64,000 nucleotides of DNA from Deinococcales bacterium (lineage in GTDB: Bacteria; Deinococcota; Deinococci; Deinococcales; JAAFIG01): assembly GCA_043778225.1 (NCBI GenBank), contig JAYWGM010000015.1, forward strand, positions 55,031-119,030, written 5' to 3'. The stretch's first letter is position 1. Every line of letters begins with the position of its first letter. The notes under the pieces were generated by a model. That model made no database searches. It was not told the origin of the DNA and saw only the letters and a program-made list of their open reading frames with translations. Shown here piece by piece: positions 30,018 to 39,964 of this stretch. The translations under genes and the position numbers were made by a program.

Positions 30018-31805
30018 ATGAAAATTCAGCCACTCTTCACTTTCATTTTTACCTTTGGTGCATTGTTTGTCTCGTGCCAAAGCAGTGTAGTTAGCCCTAT
30101 CTCGAGCCAGAAGTCTTTTGGTCAGGTCGAAATCGACTTTGGCAATCTAAAAACCCAAGCTGGCAGTTTTCAATCAGAAACTGGAATCGTGATTAACCCA
30201 ATTGCTTCGGCAGTGGTTTGCACCGATGCCACCAGCAATGTTCGCTATATCTACCGCAGTTTTACCGTGACCAATACCACTGGCTCGAGTTTAGAAAATT
30301 TGCAGCTTCATGCCTATAAAAAACTAGGTAACGTCAACTCGAGCGCCTTAAAAAACATTGTGGATTTTGGTGGCAACACAAATTCGAGCTTGGTCAGTTC
30401 GGTTCAGCCGCGTCATGGGCTGGGCAGTTGTACAACTGCGCCGTTTGCACCAGACCCAGCCAAAGCTGATTTACAAGTCTACTCGAGTGCCGAAATTACT
30501 GCTCGTACCACCAGTGCAGGCACAAACTTAGACTCAGGCGAGCTTTTACTGGGTTATGGCTATTTGGCGCGGCAGCGCGGCGCACAATCGGTCTCCGACT
30601 CCGATGACCGCACCATCGCCAATAATGAATCCGCCACCGTGACCATCGGCTTAAAAGTTCCGAACACTGCAAATTCGGTTTACAGCTTTAGCATGACGTT
30701 TTTACTGTTTACCGACATGGTGCGCGAATTGGTACAAACCCCAGAAGATGTCTTGGCTGGCACGACCGCAGGTTTGGCAGCCCTGCCTGTTGGTACGGCT
30801 CGAGTTTCTTTGTTGGGTGGTGCAGCTTGCGGACTGAGTGGTAACAACCGTTATCAAAAACAAATTGTGATTGCTGACACAGGCTCGACCCAACGCTTTG
30901 ATGCCGAAACTCAAAACCCAGCTGGCGCAGTCATTGTCATCTCGAGTAATGCTGATTCTGGATTGGGCAGTTTACGCACCGCCATCAGCGACGCACAGTC
31001 AATCGGTATCTTTTGTTTTACCCAGCCGATTGCCCTGAACAGCAGTTTAGTGATTGACAAGAACATTTATTTGCTGGCTGGAGAAAATGCAGCGCTGAAT
31101 GGGACAAATTCTACCACTGGAATTATTTCGGTAAGCTCGAGTGGCAATCTGTGCCTTTATAGTGTGACCGTGGAAAACGGACGCGACACGAACGGCACTG
31201 GTGGGGGTATCAAAAATGCTGGGACTACCACATTGTTTGGCACTCGAGTGCAGAATAACCGCGCCGCACCAAGCACCCAAGGTGGTGCAGCCCAAGGCGG
31301 TGGTATCCAGAATTCTGGCACATTGACTTTGCAGTACAGCAAAATCTCGAGCAACATAGCCCAAGGTGCGGATACGACCTCAGTCATTGCGGCACCTAGT
31401 AACGATGTCATCCTCAATGGGGAAGTCGGTGGTCATGCAAGAGGTGGTGGCATTTACAGTACAAACGCAGTTACATTGCAAAGCAGTTTGGTCAGTAACA
31501 ATGCCGTGCTTGGCGGAAAAGGAGCAAATGGTTTCGACGCTTATGATTTTGGTGCTGACCGTGATTGCGATGGTAGACCTGGCAACGGCGGCAACGGCGG
31601 AGATGCCTTGGGCGGCGGCGTTTATTTAGGAACCGGTGGAACATTAAACGGTGCTGCTTTGGTCAGTGGCAATTTGTATACATCGGGCATTGGCGGTTCG
31701 CCAGGCAACATACCAGTCCTTGCTCTCCGTGATTGTATACTATTTGCTGGAACAAGCGGTGCGCTTGGGCTTGGGTCAAATGCAACGGCAAATGTCGCAC
31801 CATAA
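30018..31805 (+). CDS. Large surface lipoprotein with Gly-rich parallel-beta-helix-like repeats
   Basis: GGAG RBS, signal with FVSC lipobox, ADSGLGSLRTAI motif, repeated GGGI.N.G.L.L..S.ISN.A. Confidence 0.7.
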   Translation: MKIQPLFTFIFTFGALFVSCQSSVVSPISSQKSFGQVEIDFGNLKTQAGSFQSETGIVINPIASAVVCTDATSNVRYIYRSFTVTNTTGSSLENLQLHAYKKLGNVNSSALKNIVDFGGNTNSSLVSSVQPRHGLGSCTTAPFAPDPAKADLQVYSSAEITARTTSAGTNLDSGELLLGYGYLARQRGAQSVSDSDDRTIANNESATVTIGLKVPNTANSVYSFSMTFLLFTDMVRELVQTPEDVLAGTTAGLAALPVGTARVSLLGGAACGLSGNNRYQKQIVIADTGSTQRFDAETQNPAGAVIVISSNADSGLGSLRTAISDAQSIGIFCFTQPIALNSSLVIDKNIYLLAGENAALNGTNSTTGIISVSSSGNLCLYSVTVENGRDTNGTGGGIKNAGTTTLFGTRVQNNRAAPSTQGGAAQGGGIQNSGTLTLQYSKISSNIAQGADTTSVIAAPSNDVILNGEVGGHARGGGIYSTNAVTLQSSLVSNNAVLGGKGANGFDAYDFGADRDCDGRPGNGGNGGDALGGGVYLGTGGTLNGAALVSGNLYTSGIGGSPGNIPVLALRDCILFAGTSGALGLGSNATANVAP

Positions 31806-31849
31806 AGTCTGCCCTCGAGTTTTATTTTGTAATCGGGTAGACTGCCCTA

Positions 31850-33730
31850 ATGCTGGTTGCATTAGATAACGTCGAAAAATTTTACGGTTCGCAGGATATT
31901 CTGCTCGGTTGTAGTCTCACCATTTACGAAGGCGAACGCCTCGCGGTGGTTGGGCGCAATGGCGCTGGCAAAACCACCATCCTCAAACTCCTGTCGGGCG
32001 CAGAAGAACCGACCACGGGCAAGGTGGTTCGTACTCCCGGTCTGTCGGTGAGGGCATTAGCCCAAGACCCAGAATTTCCGTCCAAGCAAACGATTCTTGC
32101 GGCAGTCGAATCTGCCTTTACCGAATTTGATGCGATAGAATCCGAGATGCGAGCCTTAGAGCCGTTTCTCGAGGACGAAGACAAGATGCACGAGTACCAC
32201 GAACTCGAAGAGCATTACCGCTTGCGTGGAGGTTATGCCCGCAGTACACGGCGCGATATTGTTTTAAGTAGCCTTGGTTTTTTGGGGCGCGAAAGCGAAA
32301 TTGTGGATGGTTTATCCGGTGGCGAGCGCACCCGCTTGGCATTGGCACAGATTTTGGTGGCACAGCCCGAATTGCTGCTCTTGGACGAACCGACCAACCA
32401 TTTAGACATTGTGATGCTCGAGTGGCTAGAAAGTTTTTTGCGTGGTTATCCCGGCGCAATTTTAATGATTTCGCATGACCGTGCTTTTTTGGATGCAGTT
32501 GCCACCGAAACTGCGCTGGTTTTTAATAAAAATGTCAAACGCTATCCGGGCAACTACAGTGCCTTTAAGGTTACATGGGAAGCCGAGCGCGAAGTGCATG
32601 GGCGGACTCGAGTCAACCAACTTAAAGAACTTGGGCGCTTAGAAGCCAGTGCCGAGAAAACTCGTCAATGGGGACACAGCAACGAAAAACTAGCGATTCG
32701 CGCTCGAGCGATGGCAAAACGTGCTGAGCGCTTTGCCGATACAGTGCTAGACCAGTTGGCGGCTGAACAAGGCACGGCAACTGTTGGTTTTGCCGCTTCT
32801 GAAACGGGCGAGATTATATTTCAAGGCAACCATATCACCCGTGGTTTTGGTGAACGCAAATTGTTTTCGGGCATTGAAGCGACCATCCGAAAAGGTGAAC
32901 GAATTGCAATTATTGGGCGCAATGGTGCAGGAAAATCCACGCTGCTAAAAACCATGTTGGGTTTTGAACCATCGGATGATTCGCGCAGTGCCGTCCGCCT
33001 TGGCTCGAGGGTCAAACTTGGCTATTACGATCAGCAGTTGCGTGGCATAGACCCAAACAGCACGCTGTTTCTTGAGGTTAAGCCTTTTTTTGAAAAAGAC
33101 CAGATGGTCTTTGACACGTTGGGTGCGTATTTATTTCCGCACAGCAGCAAAGACAAGAAAATCTCGATGCTCTCGGGTGGCGAAAGAGCGCGACTGGCTC
33201 TGCTCAAACTTTCGTTACAAGAATGTAATTTTTTAGTTTTGGACGAACCGACCAATCATTTGGATATGGAAATGCTCGAGAAGCTCGAGACTGGTTTAGC
33301 CAATTTTCCCGGTACGCTAGTCATGGTTTCACATGACCGACGTTTTATCGAAAATGTAGCCAACGAAATCTGGATTGTCGAGGATGGTAAATTGTTTACT
33401 TATCCGTACACCTATGCGATTGCGCTTGAGAAACACAAAGCCGCCACTACACCAACGCCGATTCTCGAGGAAAAAATAGCGGTCGTGGCAGCAGTGCCAA
33501 AAGCCAAGGCAAAAACCAATCCTTGGAAACTGGGTGTGGAAATGAAAAACCTCGAGACTCAAATCGCGGCGCTCGAGGCAGAACAATTGGCAGTACAAAG
33601 CGAATTGGGCAGCCCTAAAGTGGGTTCGGATTTTGCTGCCCTTGGGAAGCGTAATGTTGAGATTGACCTACAATTATCCGAGGCGATGAATCGCTGGGAA
33701 GAAATCTCGCAATTGTTGGCTTTGGTGTAG
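31850..33730 (+). CDS. ABC-F family ribosome-associated ATPase
   Basis: Two ABC domains (GRNGAGKTT / GRNGAGKST, LSGGER, LLDEPTNHLD), no TM, C-terminal coiled coil. Confidence 0.92.
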   Translation: MLVALDNVEKFYGSQDILLGCSLTIYEGERLAVVGRNGAGKTTILKLLSGAEEPTTGKVVRTPGLSVRALAQDPEFPSKQTILAAVESAFTEFDAIESEMRALEPFLEDEDKMHEYHELEEHYRLRGGYARSTRRDIVLSSLGFLGRESEIVDGLSGGERTRLALAQILVAQPELLLLDEPTNHLDIVMLEWLESFLRGYPGAILMISHDRAFLDAVATETALVFNKNVKRYPGNYSAFKVTWEAEREVHGRTRVNQLKELGRLEASAEKTRQWGHSNEKLAIRARAMAKRAERFADTVLDQLAAEQGTATVGFAASETGEIIFQGNHITRGFGERKLFSGIEATIRKGERIAIIGRNGAGKSTLLKTMLGFEPSDDSRSAVRLGSRVKLGYYDQQLRGIDPNSTLFLEVKPFFEKDQMVFDTLGAYLFPHSSKDKKISMLSGGERARLALLKLSLQECNFLVLDEPTNHLDMEMLEKLETGLANFPGTLVMVSHDRRFIENVANEIWIVEDGKLFTYPYTYAIALEKHKAATTPTPILEEKIAVVAAVPKAKAKTNPWKLGVEMKNLETQIAALEAEQLAVQSELGSPKVGSDFAALGKRNVEIDLQLSEAMNRWEEISQLLALV

Positions 33731-33784
33731 TCTTGCACAGCAAGCGCTTGATGCCATAAAGTAGGCACATCTCAGGGGGCATAC

Positions 33785-34750
33785 ATGGTTTTTGATGCGG
33801 TTTCGTTTATTCTTGGTGGTTTGGTTTTTGGAATTCTGGCTTGGTTTGTACAGGCATATCTCGGACGTGTACAACTTGGTCAGGTGAAAAGTGAATTGCG
33901 TGAAGCCAAACAGCAATTATCTGGGGTCAAACTCGAAGTTGAACGGGTCAGAACCCAATTGACCGAGAAAATGGCGCTGACCTCGAGCCTTGAATCCTCC
34001 AACACCGAACTGACCAAGCGTTTGCCAAAACTCGAGGGATTCGAGCGAGCCAATGCCGATTTGCGGCTGCAAATGCAGGGCTTTGATAATCTTAAACAAA
34101 AACTGGGCAATGCTGAAACAGAATTAAGCATTCTGCGCCAAAAAGCTGGAGAATTTGATGCTTTGCAAAACCGCTTTGAAGCCTTGCAAACTGAATTCTC
34201 AAGCCTTAAAACCAAAACTTCTGGTTTTGAAATGATTCAGGCAAAAGCGGCTCGTACCGACGAACTCGAGCAGAATATTGGTGCATTTGAACTCGAGAAA
34301 GCCGAGCAATTAAAAATTGTGCAAGCCGCACTGCTAAAAGCCAGCGATGCCGAAGCTGCCCAACAAAAACTCCGTGCCAGTTTGCAAGAAAGTGTTGCCG
34401 AAGTTGCTCGGACTCGGGCTGGAATGCAGCAATTTGAGGGCTTAAAAACCCGAATTGACGAACTCGAGGCGCGTGGGGTATCCAACGAAACCCAAGCCAA
34501 ACTCGATGGACTCGAGACCGAACTCAGCGCCTATAAAGCTCGAGTGGCGCAACTCGAGACGGCTGGGAATGCTGAACTTGAATTGGCTCGAGTCAAAATC
34601 CAAGAACTCGAGCAAGCTCAGCAGATGGTTGCCGAAGAAATTGTTCCGAGTGCAGTAGAAATTGAGTCCGTCGAGACATCTCTAATCCAAGAGCCGCAAA
34701 ACGAACTTGCCCAAAACACTGAGCCTACAACCGATTCAACTGCCAGCTAA
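33785..34750 (+). CDS. Membrane-anchored coiled-coil protein
   Basis: N-terminal TM followed by long heptad-rich region. Confidence 0.75.
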   Translation: MVFDAVSFILGGLVFGILAWFVQAYLGRVQLGQVKSELREAKQQLSGVKLEVERVRTQLTEKMALTSSLESSNTELTKRLPKLEGFERANADLRLQMQGFDNLKQKLGNAETELSILRQKAGEFDALQNRFEALQTEFSSLKTKTSGFEMIQAKAARTDELEQNIGAFELEKAEQLKIVQAALLKASDAEAAQQKLRASLQESVAEVARTRAGMQQFEGLKTRIDELEARGVSNETQAKLDGLETELSAYKARVAQLETAGNAELELARVKIQELEQAQQMVAEEIVPSAVEIESVETSLIQEPQNELAQNTEPTTDSTAS

Positions 34751-35320
34751 ACCAAGCGCATCGGCTTTGGCACGTAGTCCAGCTAAAACATTTTCGATGT
34801 GTGTTTCTAAGGTAAGTTCGGGCATGATGCCTTGAAGCTCCTCAAGTCCTAGCGCAATGTCTTCGCGGTTTACGCCTTTAGCAAAAGCCTTGTCTTTGAG
34901 TTTTTTCTTGACGCTTGCGACCTCGAGATTATGAATACTTTTATCGGGGCGCACATAGGTGGCAGCCGTACAAAAACCACAGAGTTCATCCACCGCAAAA
35001 AGTGCAATGGCGAGTTTGCTGACTCGAGCCACACCACTGCCGGTGTAATGCCCTAAAATTGCCTCGAGCATGGTTGGTGTTAAATCGGTGTTTGTCCGCA
35101 AATAATTCACGCCCCAAAAAGGATGACCATTTTCGCCCAAATCTGGATGCGATTCATAATCAAAATCGTGTAACAAGCCCGTGACTGCAAATTCAGTTTC
35201 GTCGCCCTCGAGAATTTTGGCGTAATGCACCATCGCCGCTTCGACCGCCAGCATATGTTTACGCAAGGATTCGGATTGTGTAAATTCGCAGACCAATCTA
35301 AAGGCTTCATCTCGAGTCAT
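34736..35320 (-). CDS. HD/HDIG domain hydrolase
   Basis: SLRKHMLAVEAAM, GLLHDFDYE, LFAVDELCGF, KKKLKDKAFAKGVNR. Confidence 0.88.
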   Translation of the reverse strand: MTRDEAFRLVCEFTQSESLRKHMLAVEAAMVHYAKILEGDETEFAVTGLLHDFDYESHPDLGENGHPFWGVNYLRTNTDLTPTMLEAILGHYTGSGVARVSKLAIALFAVDELCGFCTAATYVRPDKSIHNLEVASVKKKLKDKAFAKGVNREDIALGLEELQGIMPELTLETHIENVLAGLRAKADALGLAGS

Positions 35321-35335
35321 GAGCAGCAGTCTAAC

Positions 35336-35896
35336 TTACTCGAGCGGTGGGAGTTGCGCGTAGAGACCAGATAGTACGATTTCAAATTCTAAACTCGGAA
35401 ATTTTAGTACAGCCTCACCCTCAAGTTTTTTATAACGCCAATCTGAGCCATCCCTCGAGTACACTTCGGCGATTTCTTCGGTTTGTGAAAGTAAAACGTA
35501 CTGCTCTAAACTTGGTATTTGCTGATAAGCCTGCCATTTTTCGCCACGGTCTATGGCTTCGGTGCTGCTCGATAGAATTTCAATGATAATTGTTGGGTGA
35601 TACTGGACTCGAGCCTTTTTTTCGGCACTTTGTTTTACAAAATAAATATCTGGGTAGTAGCCACGCCCAGAAGGTGTTTGTAAGCTGACATCGTTATAAG
35701 TGTAGTAGCCGCGTTTTAAGGCGTGTTGCAGAATCATTGCAATTAAAAACAAAGCCATTAAATTATGCCTATCAGTTCCACCAGCCATAACAAACAGATT
35801 ACCATCTACAAACTCATGGCGTTCTTGGCTGTGGCTTTCAAACTCGAGGTACTGCTCGAAAGTTGTGGCGGTTTTGACTGGCATTTCTCGAAGCAT
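35336..35896 (-). CDS. Uma2 (DUF820) family endonuclease
   Basis: RHEFVDG.LF.MAGG...HN, YYPD, IIEILS.STEAIDRGEK, Y..IPSL..Y. Confidence 0.9.
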   Translation of the reverse strand: MLREMPVKTATTFEQYLEFESHSQERHEFVDGNLFVMAGGTDRHNLMALFLIAMILQHALKRGYYTYNDVSLQTPSGRGYYPDIYFVKQSAEKKARVQYHPTIIIEILSSSTEAIDRGEKWQAYQQIPSLEQYVLLSQTEEIAEVYSRDGSDWRYKKLEGEAVLKFPSLEFEIVLSGLYAQLPPLE

Positions 35897-35916
35897 AAGA
35901 AAGTATACTCGCTTTT

Positions 35917-37065
35917 ATGTTTGAGTTTTTAACCACTGCCACATCTGGTCGCTCGAGAGTAGCGACATTTTCTACACCATTTGAAACCGTGACCACGCCA
36001 ATGTTTATGCCAGTTGGCACACAGGGGAGTGTCAAGAGTTTATCGGCACGGGATTTACGCGAAATTGGCTCGCAGATGATATTAGGCAATACTTACCACT
36101 TAATTTTGCGTCCTGGACTCGAGATAATGCAGCAATTTGGCGGTTTACGTGGTTTTACAGCTTATCCTGGTGCATTTTTAACCGATTCTGGTGGTTTTCA
36201 AGTCATGAGCCTTGGGCATATGCGAACTATTACCGAACATGGTGTGGTTTTTAAGAACCATATTAACGGCGACAAGCTCGAGATGACTCCAGAAAGCAGT
36301 GTAGCAGCCCAAGAAGCGATAGGAGCGAACATCATCATGGCATTTGATGAATGTCCACCGCACCCTGCAACCTTTGACTACGGCAAGGCGAGCTTAGAGC
36401 GTACCGTGCGGTGGCTCGAGCGCTGCTTACAAGCCAAAACCCGAGATGACCAAGGTTTGTTTGCAATTGTCCAAGGTGGAATTGACCTCGAGTTACGCCG
36501 CCGTAGTCTCGAGGCAACCCTGCCATTTGCCACACCCGGCTTTGCGATTGGCGGCTTAGCCGTAGGGGAGAGCAAAGAGGAAATGTACCCCAGTGTGGAC
36601 TTTGCGACCCAACATTTACCGACCAATAAGCCGCGCTACCTGATGGGGGTTGGTTTCCCCGAGGACTTGGTTGCCAGCATTGCACTTGGGGTGGATATGT
36701 TTGATTGTGTGTATCCGACTCGCACGGCGCGATTTGGCTACGCACTGACTTCCCAAGGGCGCTTAAATTTGCAAAATGCCAAGAACCGCACCGACCCCGC
36801 GCCGCTCGAGGCAGGCTGCGATTGCTATGCTTGTCAGAATCACTCGAGGGCTTATATTGCCCATTTGCTCCGTGCCGAAGAAATGCTTGCGCCGCGCTTA
36901 CTGAGCTTGCACAATTTGCGCTTTTTGCACCGAATTACTGAGGCGGCTCGAGCCGCGATTTTAGAAAATAACTACCATGATTGGGCGCTCGAGTGGGGAG
37001 AACAGTATTTTAAGAACAGTATTCCAGCTTGGTTTGTACAAGCCATAGAATCTGGACGTGGTTAA
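35917..37065 (+). CDS. tgt: tRNA-guanine transglycosylase
   Basis: TPMFMPVGT, NTYHL, TDSGGFQV, MAFDEC, IVQGG, GGLAVGE, DMFDCV.PTR, C.C..C zinc site. Confidence 0.96.
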   Translation: MFEFLTTATSGRSRVATFSTPFETVTTPMFMPVGTQGSVKSLSARDLREIGSQMILGNTYHLILRPGLEIMQQFGGLRGFTAYPGAFLTDSGGFQVMSLGHMRTITEHGVVFKNHINGDKLEMTPESSVAAQEAIGANIIMAFDECPPHPATFDYGKASLERTVRWLERCLQAKTRDDQGLFAIVQGGIDLELRRRSLEATLPFATPGFAIGGLAVGESKEEMYPSVDFATQHLPTNKPRYLMGVGFPEDLVASIALGVDMFDCVYPTRTARFGYALTSQGRLNLQNAKNRTDPAPLEAGCDCYACQNHSRAYIAHLLRAEEMLAPRLLSLHNLRFLHRITEAARAAILENNYHDWALEWGEQYFKNSIPAWFVQAIESGRG

Positions 37066-37496
37066 TTGCTCGAGTCACGAAACGGATTGAGGATTTGCAA
37101 ATCACCATATTTTTGCGTATGGTTCAGGTCTTCAGTCCATAAAATACTGCAACCTAATTCGAGTGCCGACGTGACCATCAATGCGTCCCAAAAAGAAATA
37201 TTTGTTTCTTGAAGTAACTGGGTTGCGGTGATTACAGTCATTGGGCTAGGCGAATGAACTATCCATTCGCTGTAATCTTTAAGAACTTGATTTGCTTCTA
37301 AAATTGAAAGTGGATGTGCAATTTTTCGCGTTACATTCACAAAAAACTCTTGCATCACTTGAATACTCAAACAACCTGTATGTTCAAACCAAAGTCGGTC
37401 AAGTAATTGCTTGGCGAATTGGTGTTTATGTGTGCTGCTTGGATCAAAAGCATAGATAAGTATATTGGTATCTATAAATTCGAGTTTAGCGCTCAT
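37062..37496 (-). CDS. PIN domain toxin (VapC-like)
   Basis: FIDTNILIYA, SIQV.QEF, SFWDAL...A, LWTEDL. Confidence 0.9.
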   Translation of the reverse strand: MSAKLEFIDTNILIYAFDPSSTHKHQFAKQLLDRLWFEHTGCLSIQVMQEFFVNVTRKIAHPLSILEANQVLKDYSEWIVHSPSPMTVITATQLLQETNISFWDALMVTSALELGCSILWTEDLNHTQKYGDLQILNPFRDSSN

Positions 37497-37728
37497 AGGC
37501 TTGTTCTCGAGTTGGCATTGGGTCACCTGGATTGCGTAAAGGTCGTGCATTTTCCATCATCATTTTTTGTCGTTCCCAAGCGGCTTGATAACTGTCATTT
37601 TGAGTTGTGCTACGGGTTAAGCCTTCAATAACCAAGCTCGTTATACTTGTACCACGTTCTGCCGCGACACTTTTTGCTTTTTTAAGCAGATATTTTGGTA
37701 GTCGAAGGGTTACATTTTGGGTTTCCAT
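37486..37728 (-). CDS. Ribbon-helix-helix antitoxin (VapB-like)
   Basis: NVTLRLP..LLKKAK.VAAERGTSITSLV; overlaps the PIN gene. Confidence 0.85.
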   Translation of the reverse strand: METQNVTLRLPKYLLKKAKSVAAERGTSITSLVIEGLTRSTTQNDSYQAAWERQKMMMENARPLRNPGDPMPTREQAYER

Positions 37729-37770
37729 ACCAAAATACTAGCACATTTTGCACGTATCTGTGTGCAATTT

Positions 37771-38889
37771 TTAGAGAATACTTGCCCAGATTTCATCGGC
37801 AATTCGGTACACGGCTTTGGCATCGGCTAGTTTTTTAACCCCAGCTTCTAACTCCTCGAGTTTATGTGGAGTAGAAAGCACATCCTCGAGTGCGGCGGCA
37901 ACGTTTTTAGCGCCTTCGGCATACAGCCCAGCACCTTCTCGTACAACGTATTCGGCATTGGGAGATTCTTGAAATTTTATTGCACCGTTGATAATCATAG
38001 GTGTGCCAAGCGCGGCGGCTTCGGTAATGGTGGCGGGTCCGGCTTTAGAAATCAGTAAATCGGCGGCTCGTAAAAAGACATCAAATTCAGAAGTAAAGCC
38101 GTAGACCAAAGTCTTTTTCTTCCAAGGTACAGCCTCAAGCGATTCTTTTAAGGTTTTATTTTTTCCAGCCAGCACCACCAATTGCGAATCGGCGAGGCTC
38201 GAGTCTATGGCTTTGGCGGTCTCGAGCAATGGACCCATGCCGTCGCCACCACCGACCAGAATAACGATTTTGGCGGATTTATCCCAGCCAAGTTTTTCTC
38301 GAGCCTCGAGTTTAGTCATGGTCATTTTTGAGAATCTTGGGTGCATCACTGGACCAGTTAAAATCAGTTTCTTCGGGTCTAGCCCAAGCTCGAGACCACG
38401 GTCATAAGCTGGTTGGACTGGCACAAGGGTTTTGTCGGCTCGAGTGTCGTACCACAGAATGGTTGGCAGGGCATAATCGGTAATGACACTGATAAATGGG
38501 GTAGCTAATCCAAGTTTTCGCAAGGCATAAACGCTGGGGCGGACAAAAACACTGTGAACACAAACCACAATATCGCTTGGGTGGCGCTTATACAGGTGCT
38601 TGATGCGTGGGTACATATTGCGTTCGTACAGCTGAGCAGCCAGTTTATTCTTAAAGAGTCTATCGCCAATCCAGTATTGGGCTTCGTAACTGGCGGGGTG
38701 AAAATTGACCCATTTGCCGTATGTGGTCGGCATGGTGTTAAACGGATATGGTGTGTAACTTTGCCACATATCCACCATTTCAAATACAAACTCGCCCGCG
38801 TGTTTTTCCTCGAGTGCGGCGGTTATTGCATTGCAAGCTGCCCGATGCCCACCGCCAGTGTCGGACATCAAGAATAAAATGCGTTTCAT
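37771..38889 (-). CDS. MGDG synthase/UgtP-like diacylglycerol glycosyltransferase (GT28)
   Basis: SDTGGGHRAA, VITD, GGGDGMG, ADLLISKAGPATITEA. Confidence 0.88.
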   Translation of the reverse strand: MKRILFLMSDTGGGHRAACNAITAALEEKHAGEFVFEMVDMWQSYTPYPFNTMPTTYGKWVNFHPASYEAQYWIGDRLFKNKLAAQLYERNMYPRIKHLYKRHPSDIVVCVHSVFVRPSVYALRKLGLATPFISVITDYALPTILWYDTRADKTLVPVQPAYDRGLELGLDPKKLILTGPVMHPRFSKMTMTKLEAREKLGWDKSAKIVILVGGGDGMGPLLETAKAIDSSLADSQLVVLAGKNKTLKESLEAVPWKKKTLVYGFTSEFDVFLRAADLLISKAGPATITEAAALGTPMIINGAIKFQESPNAEYVVREGAGLYAEGAKNVAAALEDVLSTPHKLEELEAGVKKLADAKAVYRIADEIWASIL

Positions 38890-39938
38890 GGTTTAGTCTC
38901 GAGTTTTTTGGCAGCTTGAGCCGTCGCCTGTGCCAGTACAGCCGAACCACCAATAAACGGACCAATTAAGTAATACAAGTAATATGATAAAACCCGCCAA
39001 ATCAGCACAAATGGCACGACCGCTTCTTTGGAAATCCCAAGCGCAGAACTGCTTGTACCAAGCACGATTTCAAAGTATCCAGCCCCACCGGGGGTTGGAA
39101 TAAAGAAACTAAAATAGACCAGCAAGACTTGGGCTGCGATTAAGCCAAAGTTATCCACTGTATAACCAAGTGCTGCCAAAACCAAATTGGCGGCAGCAAA
39201 ATGAAATGTAAAATTAAGGAAGGTGGATAAATGCAGTTTGACTTGAGTCGAAAAAGACAATTGCCGCATTTGCCCCATCGCCTCGGCGGTTTCAGCAATA
39301 AAACGCAATGCACTGCGCTGAAAACGTTTTAGAAATTTAAGGTTGCAAATCATAAAAACCAATTTCTCGAGCCGATGAGCTTGGTATGCCACACCATAGG
39401 CTAAGCCAATGGCGATGACTGTTCCAATAGCAACCAGCAGACCTAAAAACGAGCCAATCACGGGGAGATTTAAGTTGATACCAGCAAAGTACAAATAAGC
39501 AAAAGATAATGGCAGAGCATAGGCATAAAAAACAAGGTCAAGCGAAACAGAAAAAATTGCTACCGCCGTGGCGCGTCTCGAGTCGGTATACTGCGATAAA
39601 TACCACGCCATCGCCACATTTGCCCCACTGGCACTGGGTGTGGTGGCTGCACCAAACAAATACAGCAAAAAGGCGCGGGTAGCTCGAGCAAGGGTTACAT
39701 TTTTGTTGTTTGATAAAAGTTGAATGCGCCAACCAGCCACCAACCACCAAGCCACCACCGATGCTACAAAAACAATCGCCCAAAGTGGATGAATCTGAAC
39801 GGTGCGGCTAAATTCTTCGGGGTTAAATTCTTTACCCAGACTGAGCAGACCAAAGACACCCAGCGCCGAGAAAGCCAGTGTAATGAGTAAGGCTTGAATC
39901 GCGTTTTTCACATTTGACCTCGAGACAGCATAAAACAC
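38886..39938 (-). CDS. Lysylphosphatidylglycerol-synthase-TM (flippase-like) membrane protein
   Basis: Multi-TM; TPSASG, FIPTPGGAGYFE, LIWR..SYYL. Confidence 0.82.
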   Translation of the reverse strand: MFYAVSRSNVKNAIQALLITLAFSALGVFGLLSLGKEFNPEEFSRTVQIHPLWAIVFVASVVAWWLVAGWRIQLLSNNKNVTLARATRAFLLYLFGAATTPSASGANVAMAWYLSQYTDSRRATAVAIFSVSLDLVFYAYALPLSFAYLYFAGINLNLPVIGSFLGLLVAIGTVIAIGLAYGVAYQAHRLEKLVFMICNLKFLKRFQRSALRFIAETAEAMGQMRQLSFSTQVKLHLSTFLNFTFHFAAANLVLAALGYTVDNFGLIAAQVLLVYFSFFIPTPGGAGYFEIVLGTSSSALGISKEAVVPFVLIWRVLSYYLYYLIGPFIGGSAVLAQATAQAAKKLETKP

Positions 39939-39964
39939 GATAACATTTCGCGGCTCGAGGTGGC

